From an uncultured Devosia sp. (lineage in GTDB: Bacteria; Pseudomonadota; Alphaproteobacteria; Rhizobiales; Devosiaceae): 64,000 nt of DNA. The position numbers and the translations under genes were made by a program. Positions 1-11,665 of the stretch are shown here, in pieces (position 1 is the stretch's first letter; the number at the start of each line of letters is the position of its first letter). Below the pieces are notes generated by a model, which did no database searches, was not told the origin of the DNA, and saw only the letters and a list, made by a program, of their open reading frames with translations. The stretch covers positions 8,290-72,289 of the forward strand of contig CAZNAE010000001.1 of assembly GCA_964570695.1 (NCBI GenBank), given 5' to 3'.

Positions 1-1103
1 CGCCGGCACACCTCGGACACAGCGAGCCCCGCTTCCTTCGCCACCGCCAGCAGCTGCAGCGCTGCCACGAGGCCATCGCCGGTGGTGGTGAAGTCGGAGA
101 GGATGATATGACCCGACTGCTCGCCACCGACGTTGAAGCCCTTGGCCCGCATCGATTCGAGCACATAGCGGTCCCCCACCTGGGTACGTTCGAGGCTAAG
201 GCCGAGCGTGGTAAGATAGCGTTCTAGTCCGAGATTGCTCATCACGGTGGCGACAATGCCGCCACCCCTGAGGCCGCCGCGGGCATGCCAGGATTGCGCG
301 ATCACCGCCATCAACTGGTCGCCATCGACAACCTCGCCGTGCTCGTCGACGATAATCACCCGGTCGGCGTCGCCGTCGAGCGCAATGCCGATATCCGCCC
401 GGACTTCCTTGACTTTGGCGCGCAACGCATCCGGCGCCGTCGAGCCGACTTTGTCGTTGATGTTGAAGCCATCCGGCTCGACGCCGATCGCGAAGACCTC
501 GGCCCCGAGTTCCCACAGCGCCACCGGCGCGACCTTGTAGGCAGCCCCATTGGCGCAATCGATCACGACCCGAAGGCCCGATAGATCGATGTTCTTGGGC
601 AGCGTGCGCTTGGCGTATTCGATATAGCGCGTCTGCGCCGCCTCGTCGCGATGCGCCCGGCCGATCTTCTCGCCTTTGGTGAGCCGCGCCGACAGATCGC
701 TGTCCACCAGATCTTCAATGTCAGCCTCGACCTCGTCGCTGAGCTTGAAGCCGTCCGGCCGGAACATCTTGATACCGTTGTCTTCAAACGGGTTGTGCGA
801 GGCCGAGATCATGACGCCGAGATCGGCGCGTAGCGACCGCGTCAGCATGGCGACGGCGGGCGTCGGCATCGGGCCAAGGAAATAGACATCCATCCCCACC
901 GCGGTGAAGCCGGCCGCCAGCGCGTTCTCGATCATATAGCCGGAACGCCGTGTGTCCTTGCCGATCACCACGCGGTTGCGGTGGTCGCCGCGCACGAATT
1001 TGAGCCCAGCTGCCATGCCCACCTTGAGCGCCAGTTCAGGAGTAAGCTTGTCGCCATTGGCAAGCCCGCGAATTCCGTCGGTCCCAAAGTATTTCCGCGC
1101 CAT
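1..1103 (-). CDS. glmM: Phosphoglucosamine mutase (3' end runs off window)
   Basis: Read from the minus strand: ATG at 1103 gives [13 protein letters not shown]..., plus VMISASHNP (phosphoserine loop) and IALDGDADR (metal loop); downstream of ftsH as usual. Confidence 0.95.
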   Translation of the reverse strand, partial: MARKYFGTDGIRGLANGDKLTPELALKVGMAAGLKFVRGDHRNRVVIGKDTRRSGYMIENALAAGFTAVGMDVYFLGPMPTPAVAMLTRSLRADLGVMISASHNPFEDNGIKMFRPDGFKLSDEVEADIEDLVDSDLSARLTKGEKIGRAHRDEAAQTRYIEYAKRTLPKNIDLSGLRVVIDCANGAAYKVAPVALWELGAEVFAIGVEPDGFNINDKVGSTAPDALRAKVKEVRADIGIALDGDADRVIIVDEHGEVVDGDQLMAVIAQSWHARGGLRGGGIVATVMSNLGLERYLTTLGLSLERTQVGDRYVLESMRAKGFNVGGEQSGHIILSDFTTTGDGLVAALQLLAVAKEAGLAVSEVCR

Positions 1104-1192
1104 TATGCGTGCTCCCTCAATATTCCGTGATCATAGCGCAGTTCATCGTCGTCGCGGAATCCCCGGTCGATCTGCGGTTAATCCACTGAATC

Positions 1193-1217
1193 AAAAGGGC
1201 CGCCCGAAGGCGGCCCT
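1193..1217 (-). terminator. Intrinsic terminator after ftsH
   Basis: Minus strand AGGGCCGCC-TTCG-GGCGGCCCT followed by TTT. Confidence 0.75.
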
Positions 1218-1234
1218 GGAAGATTTGTTGCGGC

Positions 1235-3169
<1,935 letters not shown>

Positions 3170-3299
3170 TCTGTCCTGGATGACCGGCCGGGGGAGCGCT
3201 GCCGGTGAATGGGCGAATGTAAGCCCCGCACTAAGGCGTTACAAGGGCGCGAGGGTGCGCCTCGACGCCCGGAAAGTCCACGTTTGTGCCTGTCAGCGG

Positions 3300-4298
3300 T
3301 TAATTCGTGATGAGCGCCGAGGCGTCGCGCCGCGCCCCTTCGCGCCGCACGGTGACGGTCAATCCATCGCTCGACAGCACACAGCCATGCAGCGTCGCGG
3401 GTTTGAGCGGCGCCCGCAGCGTCAGCCGGTCCTGCAGGCTTTCGAGCGTTCCAAGCGCATGCGGCTTCCTGTCGCCACCGACCGAACGCAGCACCTTGCC
3501 GAGCAATCGTACGCCGACGACGCGCGGCAGAGTCGCAAATCCGGCATGTGGAAAAGCGGCATCGCCGTCCGGGCCGCGATGCACCAGGGTGGTCCACGCA
3601 TCGTCCGCTTCCGCACCAATCAGCGCGTCTGCCTCGGCCATCCGCGTCGCGAACGTTCCGAGCCGGCGCAAATCGAGTCCGAGTTCCTCCAGTTGCGGCA
3701 GCATCTGGCGCCAGCGGACGCGCTCATAGTGCCGGTCGCGATTGCTCGGATCGAGCGCCGGCGTCAGCCCCGCTTCCTTGACGATCGCCGTCAGCTCTTC
3801 CGGCTCGACGCCGAGCAGGGGTCGGAACAGCTTGCAGCCTTCGACGGTCGCGAACGCATCCATGCCGCGCAGCCCCTCGATGCCGCTGCCATGCGCCAGC
3901 CGCATCAGCACCGTCTCGGCCTGGTCGCCCAGATGGTGCGCCGTCAACAGGATTTCGCTGCCGTCGGCAGCCATGGCTTCCGCCATCATGCCGTAGCGCG
4001 CCTTGCGCGCCGCGGCCTGGACACCGGTCTCGGGCTTCTCGCCCTCCCAGCGCAGCACTCGGGCGGCGAGGCCGAAGCTCTGTGCCTCAGTCGCCACCAT
4101 CGCCACTTCGTGCGCCGCTTCCGGCCGAAGCCCGTGATCGACGGTGTAGACTACCAGGTCGGGCCGCCCCTCGGCGCGGGCCCACTCGACAGCGAGGACC
4201 AACAACGCAAGCGAATCAGGCCCGCCACTGACGGCGAGACCGATCTTCCTGAGCCTCGAGACGGGCTCGAAGAGAGCGGCGATGTCGAGCTCACTCAC
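3300..4298 (-). CDS. tilS: tRNA(Ile)-lysidine synthetase
   Basis: PP-loop AVSGGPDS, VDHGLR, TAHHLGDQAET, DPSN; GTG start at 4298 overlaps the cpoB stop (GTGA). Confidence 0.95.
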   Translation of the reverse strand: MSELDIAALFEPVSRLRKIGLAVSGGPDSLALLVLAVEWARAEGRPDLVVYTVDHGLRPEAAHEVAMVATEAQSFGLAARVLRWEGEKPETGVQAAARKARYGMMAEAMAADGSEILLTAHHLGDQAETVLMRLAHGSGIEGLRGMDAFATVEGCKLFRPLLGVEPEELTAIVKEAGLTPALDPSNRDRHYERVRWRQMLPQLEELGLDLRRLGTFATRMAEADALIGAEADDAWTTLVHRGPDGDAAFPHAGFATLPRVVGVRLLGKVLRSVGGDRKPHALGTLESLQDRLTLRAPLKPATLHGCVLSSDGLTVTVRREGARRDASALITN

Positions 4299-5398
4299 AC
4301 CGGGCATTGGGCCTTCGTCTTTTCGTCGGCGAGGCGCTGGTTGAACGCCGCCGGCTGCTTCGGATAGCGCTTCGATACTTCGAAGAACGTCCGGCACGCC
4401 GTGTCCTGCTGCCCTGCCCCGGCGAGCGCGATGCCGAGCTTCAGCAGAATGTCCGGCGCGCGGGCCGACTTCTCGTAGTTCTGGAAGCCGGTCAACAGCA
4501 CGTCCGCCGCATCGTCATAAGCCTGGCGCTGCAGCAGCGCTTCGCCCAGCCAGTTGGTCGCGTCAGGCGCCTGAGGATCCTTCGGGTAGAGCGCGATGAA
4601 CTGCCGGAACTGGTCCTCGGCGAAGGCATAGTCGCCGCGCACGATCGCGTCGTATCCGGCCTTGTACTGTGCCTCGGCATCGCCGTCCGAAAGTGGCTGG
4701 CTGCTGTCCAGGTTGAGGTTGAGCGGCTTGCCGTTCTCCGCCGGCGACGTGCCAAGCTCCGCGGTGCTCGGCTGTGTGCCGTCGCCGCCTTTGCCGACCA
4801 GCGGATCGGCGGACTGTCCTAGATCGTCGGCCGATGCGCTGGCCGCGTCCGGCACGTTCGCCGGCGGCGTCGTGGTCGACTCCGGCACCTTGGCAGCCGG
4901 CTCAACCGTCTTGGCAGGCGGCTCGACGGCCGCAGTATCTGTTGTCGGCTTGCCCGTCGCTGGCTGCGGCAACGCGCCGGTCGGCGTCGCGCCGCCGGAT
5001 TGCGTCACCGCACTACTTTTTTTTCCGGCACCGCCTTCGAGCTGTTGGAAACGGAATTCATTGTCGTCCGACTGCTTCTGGATCAGCTCCTGCATCTGCG
5101 TGAGCTGGAACTGCAGCCCCTCGACCTGCCCGGTGAGCGTGCGGACCGTGTCCTCGAGCTCCTGGATCCGGACGGTGAGCTGCGCCGCATTCTGCGCCTG
5201 CGCGACCATCACCGGCGCGCCGTCGCCGATATCGGCAGGCGGCAGCGGCGCGGCGAGTCGAGACGTACTGCTCAACAGGTCGAGCCCCTGCCCGGCGCTG
5301 TTGGCGAAAACGAACTCGGGGGCAAACACGCCCGCGGCTAGGACAATCGCGAAGGCCAGTAGCCCCCGCGCCGCCCCCTTCTCAAGGGATAGACGCAC
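4295..5398 (-). CDS. cpoB: Tol-Pal system protein CpoB/YbgF
   Basis: Signal peptide, N-terminal coiled coil, Pro/Ala linker, C-terminal TPRs (NWLGE, APDILLKLG); lies between pal and tilS. Confidence 0.92.
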   Translation of the reverse strand: MRLSLEKGAARGLLAFAIVLAAGVFAPEFVFANSAGQGLDLLSSTSRLAAPLPPADIGDGAPVMVAQAQNAAQLTVRIQELEDTVRTLTGQVEGLQFQLTQMQELIQKQSDDNEFRFQQLEGGAGKKSSAVTQSGGATPTGALPQPATGKPTTDTAAVEPPAKTVEPAAKVPESTTTPPANVPDAASASADDLGQSADPLVGKGGDGTQPSTAELGTSPAENGKPLNLNLDSSQPLSDGDAEAQYKAGYDAIVRGDYAFAEDQFRQFIALYPKDPQAPDATNWLGEALLQRQAYDDAADVLLTGFQNYEKSARAPDILLKLGIALAGAGQQDTACRTFFEVSKRYPKQPAAFNQRLADEKTKAQCPV

Positions 5399-5467
5399 AA
5401 TCGATCTCCGTGGGTAATGCCGAACGACACGCTGAATGATGTGCGTGGATTAGCCTTGAATTTCGAC

Positions 5468-5510
5468 AAAAAGAAAGCGCCGGGCCCCAATTACGCGGGT
5501 ACCCGGCGCT
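5468..5510 (-). terminator. Intrinsic terminator after pal
   Basis: Minus strand GCGCCGGG...CCCGGCGC stem followed by TTTCTTTTT. Confidence 0.7.
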
Positions 5511-5545
5511 TATGCCTCCGTGCCGGCGCCGAAGCGCCGTCACAA

Positions 5546-6028
5546 TTACTGGATGACCGTCACAGCGCGGCGGTTTTGTGACCAGCACGAGATATCGTCG
5601 CAAATGGCAACCGGCCGTTCCTTGCCGAACGACTTCGAGGTGATGCGCGAGGCGCTCACGCCCTTGCTGACAAGGTAGTTCACCACCACCGACGCACGGC
5701 GGGCGCCGAGCGCGATGTTGTACTCGCGGGTGCCGCGCTCGTCGGCGTGGCCTTCGATCAGGATCTTGTAGTTGCTGTAGTGGTTGAGCCAGACGGCCTG
5801 CTTGTCGAGCGTCGCCGTCGATGTGGCCGTCAGCTCGGACGAATCGGTGTCGAAGAACACACGATCGCCGACCGTGACGAGGAATTCCTGCTGGCTGCCC
5901 GGCGGGCCGCCGCCAGGTCCGATATTGCCGACGCCGGTGCCATTGCGGCCGCAGGCGGCCAGGGCGACGACGAGAACGACCAGTGCGGCTGCGCGCAAAA
6001 GTCCGAAAATGGGCGTTGTAGAACGCAT
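5546..6028 (-). CDS. pal: Peptidoglycan-associated lipoprotein Pal
   Basis: Lipobox LAAC; OmpA-like domain IEGHADERGTREYNIALGARRA...SFGKERP...NRR. Confidence 0.97.
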   Translation of the reverse strand: MRSTTPIFGLLRAAALVVLVVALAACGRNGTGVGNIGPGGGPPGSQQEFLVTVGDRVFFDTDSSELTATSTATLDKQAVWLNHYSNYKILIEGHADERGTREYNIALGARRASVVVNYLVSKGVSASRITSKSFGKERPVAICDDISCWSQNRRAVTVIQ

Positions 6029-6184
6029 CCGGGTTGCTCTCCTAAAATGGAAGATTTGGAAGCCGCTTTTTACTCGGCGTTATCTTAAGGCCGGGTTGGT
6101 TGGACTGGTTAATTGATGCTCAACGCGGCCCAAATGTGGCGGAAATCCGGCCTTTTGGACCGTGTTGTATTTGTGCACCGGCAA

Positions 6185-6829
6185 TCAACTTTCCCACGCC
6201 AGCGTGCCCTCGGCCACCGCCGCCTCGAGCCGGTCGACTGCTTCGCCGAGCTTCACGTCGATGATACCGAGATACTGCGTCCAGCCGGCCAGCGTACCCA
6301 GTTCCTGGTCGCCGTCGGAGATGCCGCGGAGCGCGATGATCGGCAGGCCGAAGCGCTGGCAAGCGCGCAGTACCGCATAGGTTTCCATGTCGACCATGTG
6401 CTCGACGATCGGATCGTAGCCGCGGCCGCTGACCACATTAGCGCCTGTCGAGAGCGTCGCCGTCGGTATCCCCGGCACGAACGGTCCGAGCCGGTGCGTC
6501 GCCGGCTCGTTGAGGAACGGCGTCACCCCCCGCTCGAAACCGAGCACGGTCGCGTCCATGTCGCGCCACGACACTTCGCTCGCCTGGTAGAGCCCGCATT
6601 GCTCGAGTTGCGCCGAGCCGGCAGAGCCGAGCGACACGACCAGCAGCGGCAGCTTGTCGTCGACCGACAGTCGCGTCAGGTGCTCGGTCAGCGACACCGC
6701 CGCCTCGACGGGCCCGACGCCGGTGATCAGCGGCGTGATGCGGCTCTTCAGCGCCGGCCCATACTCAAGCTCCGTCGCCATGACGTAGAGGATGTCGGCA
6801 ACGCCGGGCCGGCGGTTGGCAAACGGCAT
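6185..6829 (-). CDS. MTA/SAH nucleosidase-like protein (PNP/UDP phosphorylase superfamily)
   Basis: Motifs TGVGPVEAA, SLGSAG, VDMETYA, RGISD; ATG at 6829, 5 nt after the tolB stop. Confidence 0.8.
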   Translation of the reverse strand: MPFANRRPGVADILYVMATELEYGPALKSRITPLITGVGPVEAAVSLTEHLTRLSVDDKLPLLVVSLGSAGSAQLEQCGLYQASEVSWRDMDATVLGFERGVTPFLNEPATHRLGPFVPGIPTATLSTGANVVSGRGYDPIVEHMVDMETYAVLRACQRFGLPIIALRGISDGDQELGTLAGWTQYLGIIDVKLGEAVDRLEAAVAEGTLAWES

Positions 6830-6834
6830 GAGCG

Positions 6835-8142
6835 CTACGTCCGGAGGGATCCCCAGTTCGGGTCCGACGCGAACGTCTCCATCTTGATCTGCTGCTCGTT
6901 GCGGCCCCAGATGTCGACCGTCCACAGTCCCGGGCCGGAATCCCCGCCCGGATCGCGGAAGAACATGATGACGCGACCGTTCGGACAGAAGGTCGGCCCC
7001 TCGGCGTGGAAGCTGTCGACGAGGATGCGCTCGCCCGACCCGTCGGGTTTCATTGTGCCGATCTGAAAATTGCCGTTGGCCTGGCGGGTGTAGGCGATGA
7101 GGTCCCCCTTCGGCGACCAGACCGGCGTCGAATAGGTGCCGTCGCCGTAAGAAATGCGCTGCGCGCCGCCGCCGCTGGCGCTCATCACGTAGAGCTGTGG
7201 CTGTCCGCCGCGATCCGACTCGAACACGATCTTACTGCCGTCAGGCGAATAGGACGGCGCGGTGTCGATCTCGGCTCCCGAAGTCAGCTGCACCGGCTTG
7301 GCGCCACTCACCCCGGCGGCGTAGATATTGGTGACGCCGCCATTGCTGACCGAGAACGCGATCGTCCCGCCGTCCGGCGAGAAATGCGGCGCAAACGACA
7401 TCGGCGCGTTAGCGATCAGCCGCTTCGACTTGCCGCCGAGCTGCGCAACGAACACCTGCGGGTTGTCGTCCTCGTAGCTCGTATAGGTGATCATCGAGCG
7501 GTCGTTGCTGAGCGAGGGTCCGAGGGTCAGTGCCGCGCCGTCGCTCAGCACCTGCACGTTGAAGCCATCCTGGTCCATGATTGCCAGCTGCTTCTTGCGG
7601 TTGGCCTTCGGTCCGCTCTCGGCGATGAACACCACCTGCGAGTCGAAGTAGCCGCCCTCGCCAGCGAGCGAGGCGTAGATCGCATCGGACACAATGTGGC
7701 CGATGCGTCGCTCGCTTTGTGGATCGGCGTTATAGCTGTTGCCGACCACCTGCTGCGCCGCCGCCGTGTCCCATACCCGCATCGACGACTGGATCTGGCC
7801 GCCGCGCTCGACCTGCCCCATCACGAGCGCATCGACGTTGACGCCGCGCCAGGCCGCAAAGTCGGGCGTGTTGTTGACATCGCCCACCGGCGAGGGCAGC
7901 TGTGCCGGATCGAGCGGTGCGAACAATCCCGAGCGGGACAAATTGGCGCGCACGATGTCAGCAATCTCCTTGCCGAAGCTCGGATCGGACGACGCAAAGT
8001 CGGGAATGGCGATCGGCAGCGGCGTGAAATTGCCACCGCTGACCACGATGCTGACCAGTGCCTGCGCGGGCGATCCGGCCGCCAGCAAAGCGCCGCTCGC
8101 GAGCCCAAGCTTCAGCAAATGGCGCCGGGTGATTGCGTGCAT
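6835..8142 (-). CDS. tolB: Tol-Pal beta-propeller protein TolB
   Basis: PLPIAIPDF N-domain and PD40 repeats (FSPDG, YSPDG, WSPKG); ATG at 8142 follows AAGGAG. Confidence 0.96.
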   Translation of the reverse strand: MHAITRRHLLKLGLASGALLAAGSPAQALVSIVVSGGNFTPLPIAIPDFASSDPSFGKEIADIVRANLSRSGLFAPLDPAQLPSPVGDVNNTPDFAAWRGVNVDALVMGQVERGGQIQSSMRVWDTAAAQQVVGNSYNADPQSERRIGHIVSDAIYASLAGEGGYFDSQVVFIAESGPKANRKKQLAIMDQDGFNVQVLSDGAALTLGPSLSNDRSMITYTSYEDDNPQVFVAQLGGKSKRLIANAPMSFAPHFSPDGGTIAFSVSNGGVTNIYAAGVSGAKPVQLTSGAEIDTAPSYSPDGSKIVFESDRGGQPQLYVMSASGGGAQRISYGDGTYSTPVWSPKGDLIAYTRQANGNFQIGTMKPDGSGERILVDSFHAEGPTFCPNGRVIMFFRDPGGDSGPGLWTVDIWGRNEQQIKMETFASDPNWGSLRT

Positions 8143-8176
8143 GGTGGTCTCCTTCGAATTCATGGGGCGCGTTGTC

Positions 8177-9199
8177 TCATGTCAGCTCGCGCGGGTCGAA
8201 TGTCGCCTGGACTTCCTGGCCGGCGGCCATCGGATAGGGCACGCAGCGCAACACCGCGCGCTGCGCCGCCGAGGCCAGCGCCCGGTCGAGCTGCGTCGGC
8301 TCGGCACTGAGGACGTCGGGCATGCCCGAGACGTTGCCCGACGCGTCGATGAAGAAATGCAGCTGCGCCGTAATGCCCGCCTCGGCGGCGCCGGGCGGCA
8401 CGCTCATGCAGGTCTTGATCTTGGCGATCAGCCCATCGATCTGCGACTGGCTGAGCGTCGACGACTTGCCGTCGGTCTTGCCGAGCGTTGGCGAGCCGCC
8501 GTCGCCGCTGACCGCGCCGCGCGACTTCTCCGAGTTAATCAGCTCCGCCACCTGGTCGGCGGGCTTGGCCTGCGGATCCGGTTTCTTGTCGCTCTGGTCG
8601 GTCTGCGTCTTGGGCGTCGGGTCCTTCTTCGGCGTCACGTCGGCCGTCTTGGTTACCGGCGTCGGCTTCGCCGGCGCCTTCTGCAACTGCGCCGGGCGCG
8701 TCACCGGCATCGGCGCGACGTTCTGCGCCGGCGTGTCGCCCGTATCGGCGGCAACTTCCTGCTGCGGCTGTTCCTCGACGGGCGATGGCGCCGGATCGGG
8801 CGCAGCGACCGGCTGCGGAACCGGGGTTGGCGTCTTTACCGGATCGGGTTCCTTGACCGGCTGCGGGGTCGGCGTCGGATCGGGCGCCGTATTGACCACC
8901 GGCGCCGGCGTCGACTTGTCGGTCTCCTCCGGCGTCGGCTGGTCGTCCTCGGTGTTGCCGGCCTTCTGCGCGAGTTGCGCCGGCTTCTGCGTCTCGACGA
9001 TCGCCGGCGTGTCGGTCTGCACGACTTTGCTCTGCAGCGAGCCGGCGCGAATGTTGGTGATGTCGGAGATCGGCACCAGATCGACCGCGATCGATTCCAC
9101 CACTTCGGGCTGCAGCGGCTTGGCCGACCCCAGCCCCACGATCGCGATGATCAGCAGTGCGGCGTGGGCGATGACCGAGGTGGTGACACCGGTCTTCAT
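8177..9199 (-). CDS. tolA: TolA-like energy transducer
   Basis: N-terminal TM helix with SxxxH (SVIAH), long Pro-rich linker, TonB/TolA C-domain (AQRAVLRCVPY...FDP); between tolR and tolB. Confidence 0.88.
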   Translation of the reverse strand: MKTGVTTSVIAHAALLIIAIVGLGSAKPLQPEVVESIAVDLVPISDITNIRAGSLQSKVVQTDTPAIVETQKPAQLAQKAGNTEDDQPTPEETDKSTPAPVVNTAPDPTPTPQPVKEPDPVKTPTPVPQPVAAPDPAPSPVEEQPQQEVAADTGDTPAQNVAPMPVTRPAQLQKAPAKPTPVTKTADVTPKKDPTPKTQTDQSDKKPDPQAKPADQVAELINSEKSRGAVSGDGGSPTLGKTDGKSSTLSQSQIDGLIAKIKTCMSVPPGAAEAGITAQLHFFIDASGNVSGMPDVLSAEPTQLDRALASAAQRAVLRCVPYPMAAGQEVQATFDPRELT

Positions 9200-9203
9200 T
9201 GCC

Positions 9204-9653
9204 CTATTTCACCTGATCCTGCGCGGTGATCAGCCCGATCTTGGAGAAGCCTCCGGCGCTGAGCACGCCCATCACTTTCATCACCGCGCCATAGTTCGCC
9301 GTCTGGTCGCCGCGCACATAGATGCGCTCGTCCGTGCCGGCCGCCGCCTGCGCCGTGATGTCGGCGACGAGCGTGTCGATCGTCGTCGACTTGTCGCCGA
9401 GATAGAGATCGCCGGCCGGCGTGATGGACACCGTGATTGGCTTCGACTCGGTGTTGAGTTCCTTCGCCTTGGTCTGCGGCAGGTCGATCGGTACGCCGAC
9501 GGTCAGCAGCGGCGCCGCGACCATGAAGACGATCAGCAGCACCAGCATGACGTCGACCATCGGGGTGACGTTGATATCGGACATCGGCTTTTTGGCGCCG
9601 CGCCGCCCGCGCCGCCGCCCGCCTCCGCCGCCCTGTGCGATCGCCATCGCCAT
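9204..9653 (-). CDS. tolR: TolR
   Basis: DINVTPMVDVMLVLLIVFMV, IYVRGD, YGAVMKVM. Confidence 0.96.
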   Translation of the reverse strand: MAMAIAQGGGGGRRRGRRGAKKPMSDINVTPMVDVMLVLLIVFMVAAPLLTVGVPIDLPQTKAKELNTESKPITVSITPAGDLYLGDKSTTIDTLVADITAQAAAGTDERIYVRGDQTANYGAVMKVMGVLSAGGFSKIGLITAQDQVK

Positions 9654-9656
9654 CGC

Positions 9657-10499
9657 TTACTTGCCCCGCGCTTCGAGCTGACGGGAGAGGATCGTGGCGA
9701 ACTCGTCGGCAAAGCTTTCGAGCCGGCTGATCAGCTTGTTCGAATCCGCCGAGAGCTTGTTATAGGCGATGGTCGCCGGAATGGCGGCGAGCAGGCCCAG
9801 TGCCGTGGCGAACAGCGCCTCGGCGATGCCGGGCGCCACCACGGCGAGATTGGTGCTCTTGCTGGCGGCGATTGAGGTGAACGAATTCATGATGCCCCAT
9901 ACCGTGCCAAAAAGGCCGATGAAGGGCGATGAGGACGCGACCGTCGCAAGGAAGCCAAGGCGCTTTTCGAGCCCCTCGCTCTCGCGCGAGATGGCGACGT
10001 CGAGGACTTTGTCGAGACGCGCCTGCATGCCGAGATAGCTCGCGGCGTTCTGCTCGTGGCTGCGCTTCCATTCCTTCATCGCGGCGACGAAGATTGCGGC
10101 CAGCCCCATCGAGGGTCGCTCGGCGGTCTGCTGGTAGAGATCCTCCAGCGACTGGCCAGACCAGAAGACCCGCTCGAAGGCATTCATCTGGCGACCGGCG
10201 CGGCCATACAGCATCGACTTGTCGACGATGATCGCCCAGCACCAGACCGACGCCCCGAGCAGACCGATCATCACGATCTTGACGATCCAGTCTGCCTGGA
10301 GGAACAGCCCGAGTAGCGAAAAGTTCGGCACCGCTTCGGGCGTCGTCACATCGGTGACCACGCTGGCGGACGACGCCAAATCCTGCGCCAGTGCCGGCAC
10401 GCTGAGTCCCACCACGCCGACGGCGAGAGCCGCCAGCAAAATTACACCCCACCGCGTCATCGGGTGCGGCCCTTCCGGGCGAGTATTCTCAGGCGTCAT
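9657..10499 (-). CDS. tolQ: TolQ
   Basis: SPFIGLFGTVWGIM and VVAPGIAEALFATALGL motifs; start may instead be the second Met (MTRWG). Confidence 0.96.
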   Translation of the reverse strand: MTPENTRPEGPHPMTRWGVILLAALAVGVVGLSVPALAQDLASSASVVTDVTTPEAVPNFSLLGLFLQADWIVKIVMIGLLGASVWCWAIIVDKSMLYGRAGRQMNAFERVFWSGQSLEDLYQQTAERPSMGLAAIFVAAMKEWKRSHEQNAASYLGMQARLDKVLDVAISRESEGLEKRLGFLATVASSSPFIGLFGTVWGIMNSFTSIAASKSTNLAVVAPGIAEALFATALGLLAAIPATIAYNKLSADSNKLISRLESFADEFATILSRQLEARGK

Positions 10500-10658
10500 G
10501 AAAGATCCTCGTCTCGGTCCTCACCGGACCGGCCCCCGAAGCATCCAAAAGCGATGCGACGATAAGCAGTCCGGATGCGGTCAGAATTTGTCAAATTTAA
10601 GAGAAAGCCCGGATTTCCGGCGCTTTGCGGTACACCCGATAGACCTGCCGCATTTATG

Positions 10659-10674
10659 GTCAATCAAAAGTTAA
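10659..10674 (-). promoter_or_regulatory. CtrA-box-like site upstream of tolQ
   Basis: Minus strand TTAA-CTTTTGA-TTGAC, one mismatch to TTAA-N7-TTAAC. Confidence 0.45.
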
Positions 10675-10781
10675 GAATTGGAGTCTGCGACGGAAAAGCG
10701 CGCTAATGACCCCGTTGCCCGGCATCGTGCCGCCGCCTAGCATCCCCACCAATCTTCCTGACTTTTCGAGGTAGCCTCCCG

Positions 10782-11222
10782 ATGTTCCAGTCCGTCAAAG
10801 TGCTCACCGCCGCGGTGTCGCTCGCCCTGCTCGCCGGTGCCGTGCCGGCCTATGCCGGCGTCATCCCGTTTCTTGCCATTCTCGACGCTGCCTCCATGCT
10901 GCCGGCCACCGATTCGACGGGCACGGGCGAACTCGACGGCAAATACGACAGCAGCAACCAGACCTTCACCTGGACCATCACCTATACCGGCCTGAGCGGC
11001 GACGTCATCGCCGCAGACTTCCATGGTCCGGCCAGGGCCGGCGCCAACGCCGACATTGTCTTCCCCGTCACCTCACCGTTTGCCAGCCCTATCAGCGGCT
11101 CGATGGTGCTGACCGCCGCGCAGTTCGGCCAGCTCAAGGACCAGCGCTGGTACGTCGTGCTGCACACCGCCAAGAATCCGGACGGCGAAATCCGCGGCCA
11201 GGCGAAGCCCGTCCGCCCCTGA
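10782..11222 (+). CDS. Secreted CHRD-domain protein
   Basis: Signal peptide ending AYA; CHRD motifs FHGPA..G.NA and WYVVLHTAKNPDGEIRGQ. Confidence 0.88.
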   Translation: MFQSVKVLTAAVSLALLAGAVPAYAGVIPFLAILDAASMLPATDSTGTGELDGKYDSSNQTFTWTITYTGLSGDVIAADFHGPARAGANADIVFPVTSPFASPISGSMVLTAAQFGQLKDQRWYVVLHTAKNPDGEIRGQAKPVRP

Positions 11223-11243
11223 TCTCGACGGACCGCCGGCGGC

Positions 11244-11636
11244 CTAGCGGCCGAACGCCTCGAGCACCGCGCGCGGCAGGCGTGCGGCCTTGCCGTCCTT
11301 GATGGCGACCACCACCACTTTGGCCCGGGCGATCAGCTCATCGCGGCGCTCGATCGACTGGTCGAGCGTGAGCCGCGCCCCGCTGATTTCGGCAACCGCC
11401 GTATCGACCACCAGCAGATCGTCGATATGGGCGGCACGGGGAAAATCGATCTCTATCGAGCGCACCGCGAACGCGATACCGTCTCGCATCAGCTCCGAAT
11501 GATGGATGCCCTCGGCGCGCAAAAACTCCGTCCGGCCCCGTTCGAAGAAATGCAGGTAGGCCGCATGATAGACGTTACCGGAAAAGTCGGTGTCCTCGTA
11601 GTAGACCCGCACCTCGTGCCGATGGCTTTTGCTCAA
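11244..11636 (-). CDS. ybgC: Tol-Pal-associated acyl-CoA thioesterase YbgC
   Basis: VRVYYEDTDFSGNVYHAAYLHFFERGRTE; TTG start at 11636 after GGAGAG (the longer track ORF is an upstream extension). Confidence 0.92.
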   Translation of the reverse strand: MSKSHRHEVRVYYEDTDFSGNVYHAAYLHFFERGRTEFLRAEGIHHSELMRDGIAFAVRSIEIDFPRAAHIDDLLVVDTAVAEISGARLTLDQSIERRDELIARAKVVVVAIKDGKAARLPRAVLEAFGR

Positions 11637-11665
11637 CGCGTCTCTCCCCGGCCGGATGCCGGCCA

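Noticed and set aside
6060-6115. Full CtrA box upstream of pal
   Set aside because: Only isolated TTAA/TTAACC half-sites; the N7 spacing is not met
8500-9000. Repetitive Pro/Thr-coding DNA as a tandem repeat or array
   Set aside because: It is the low-complexity linker of TolA; there are no fixed-length repeat units
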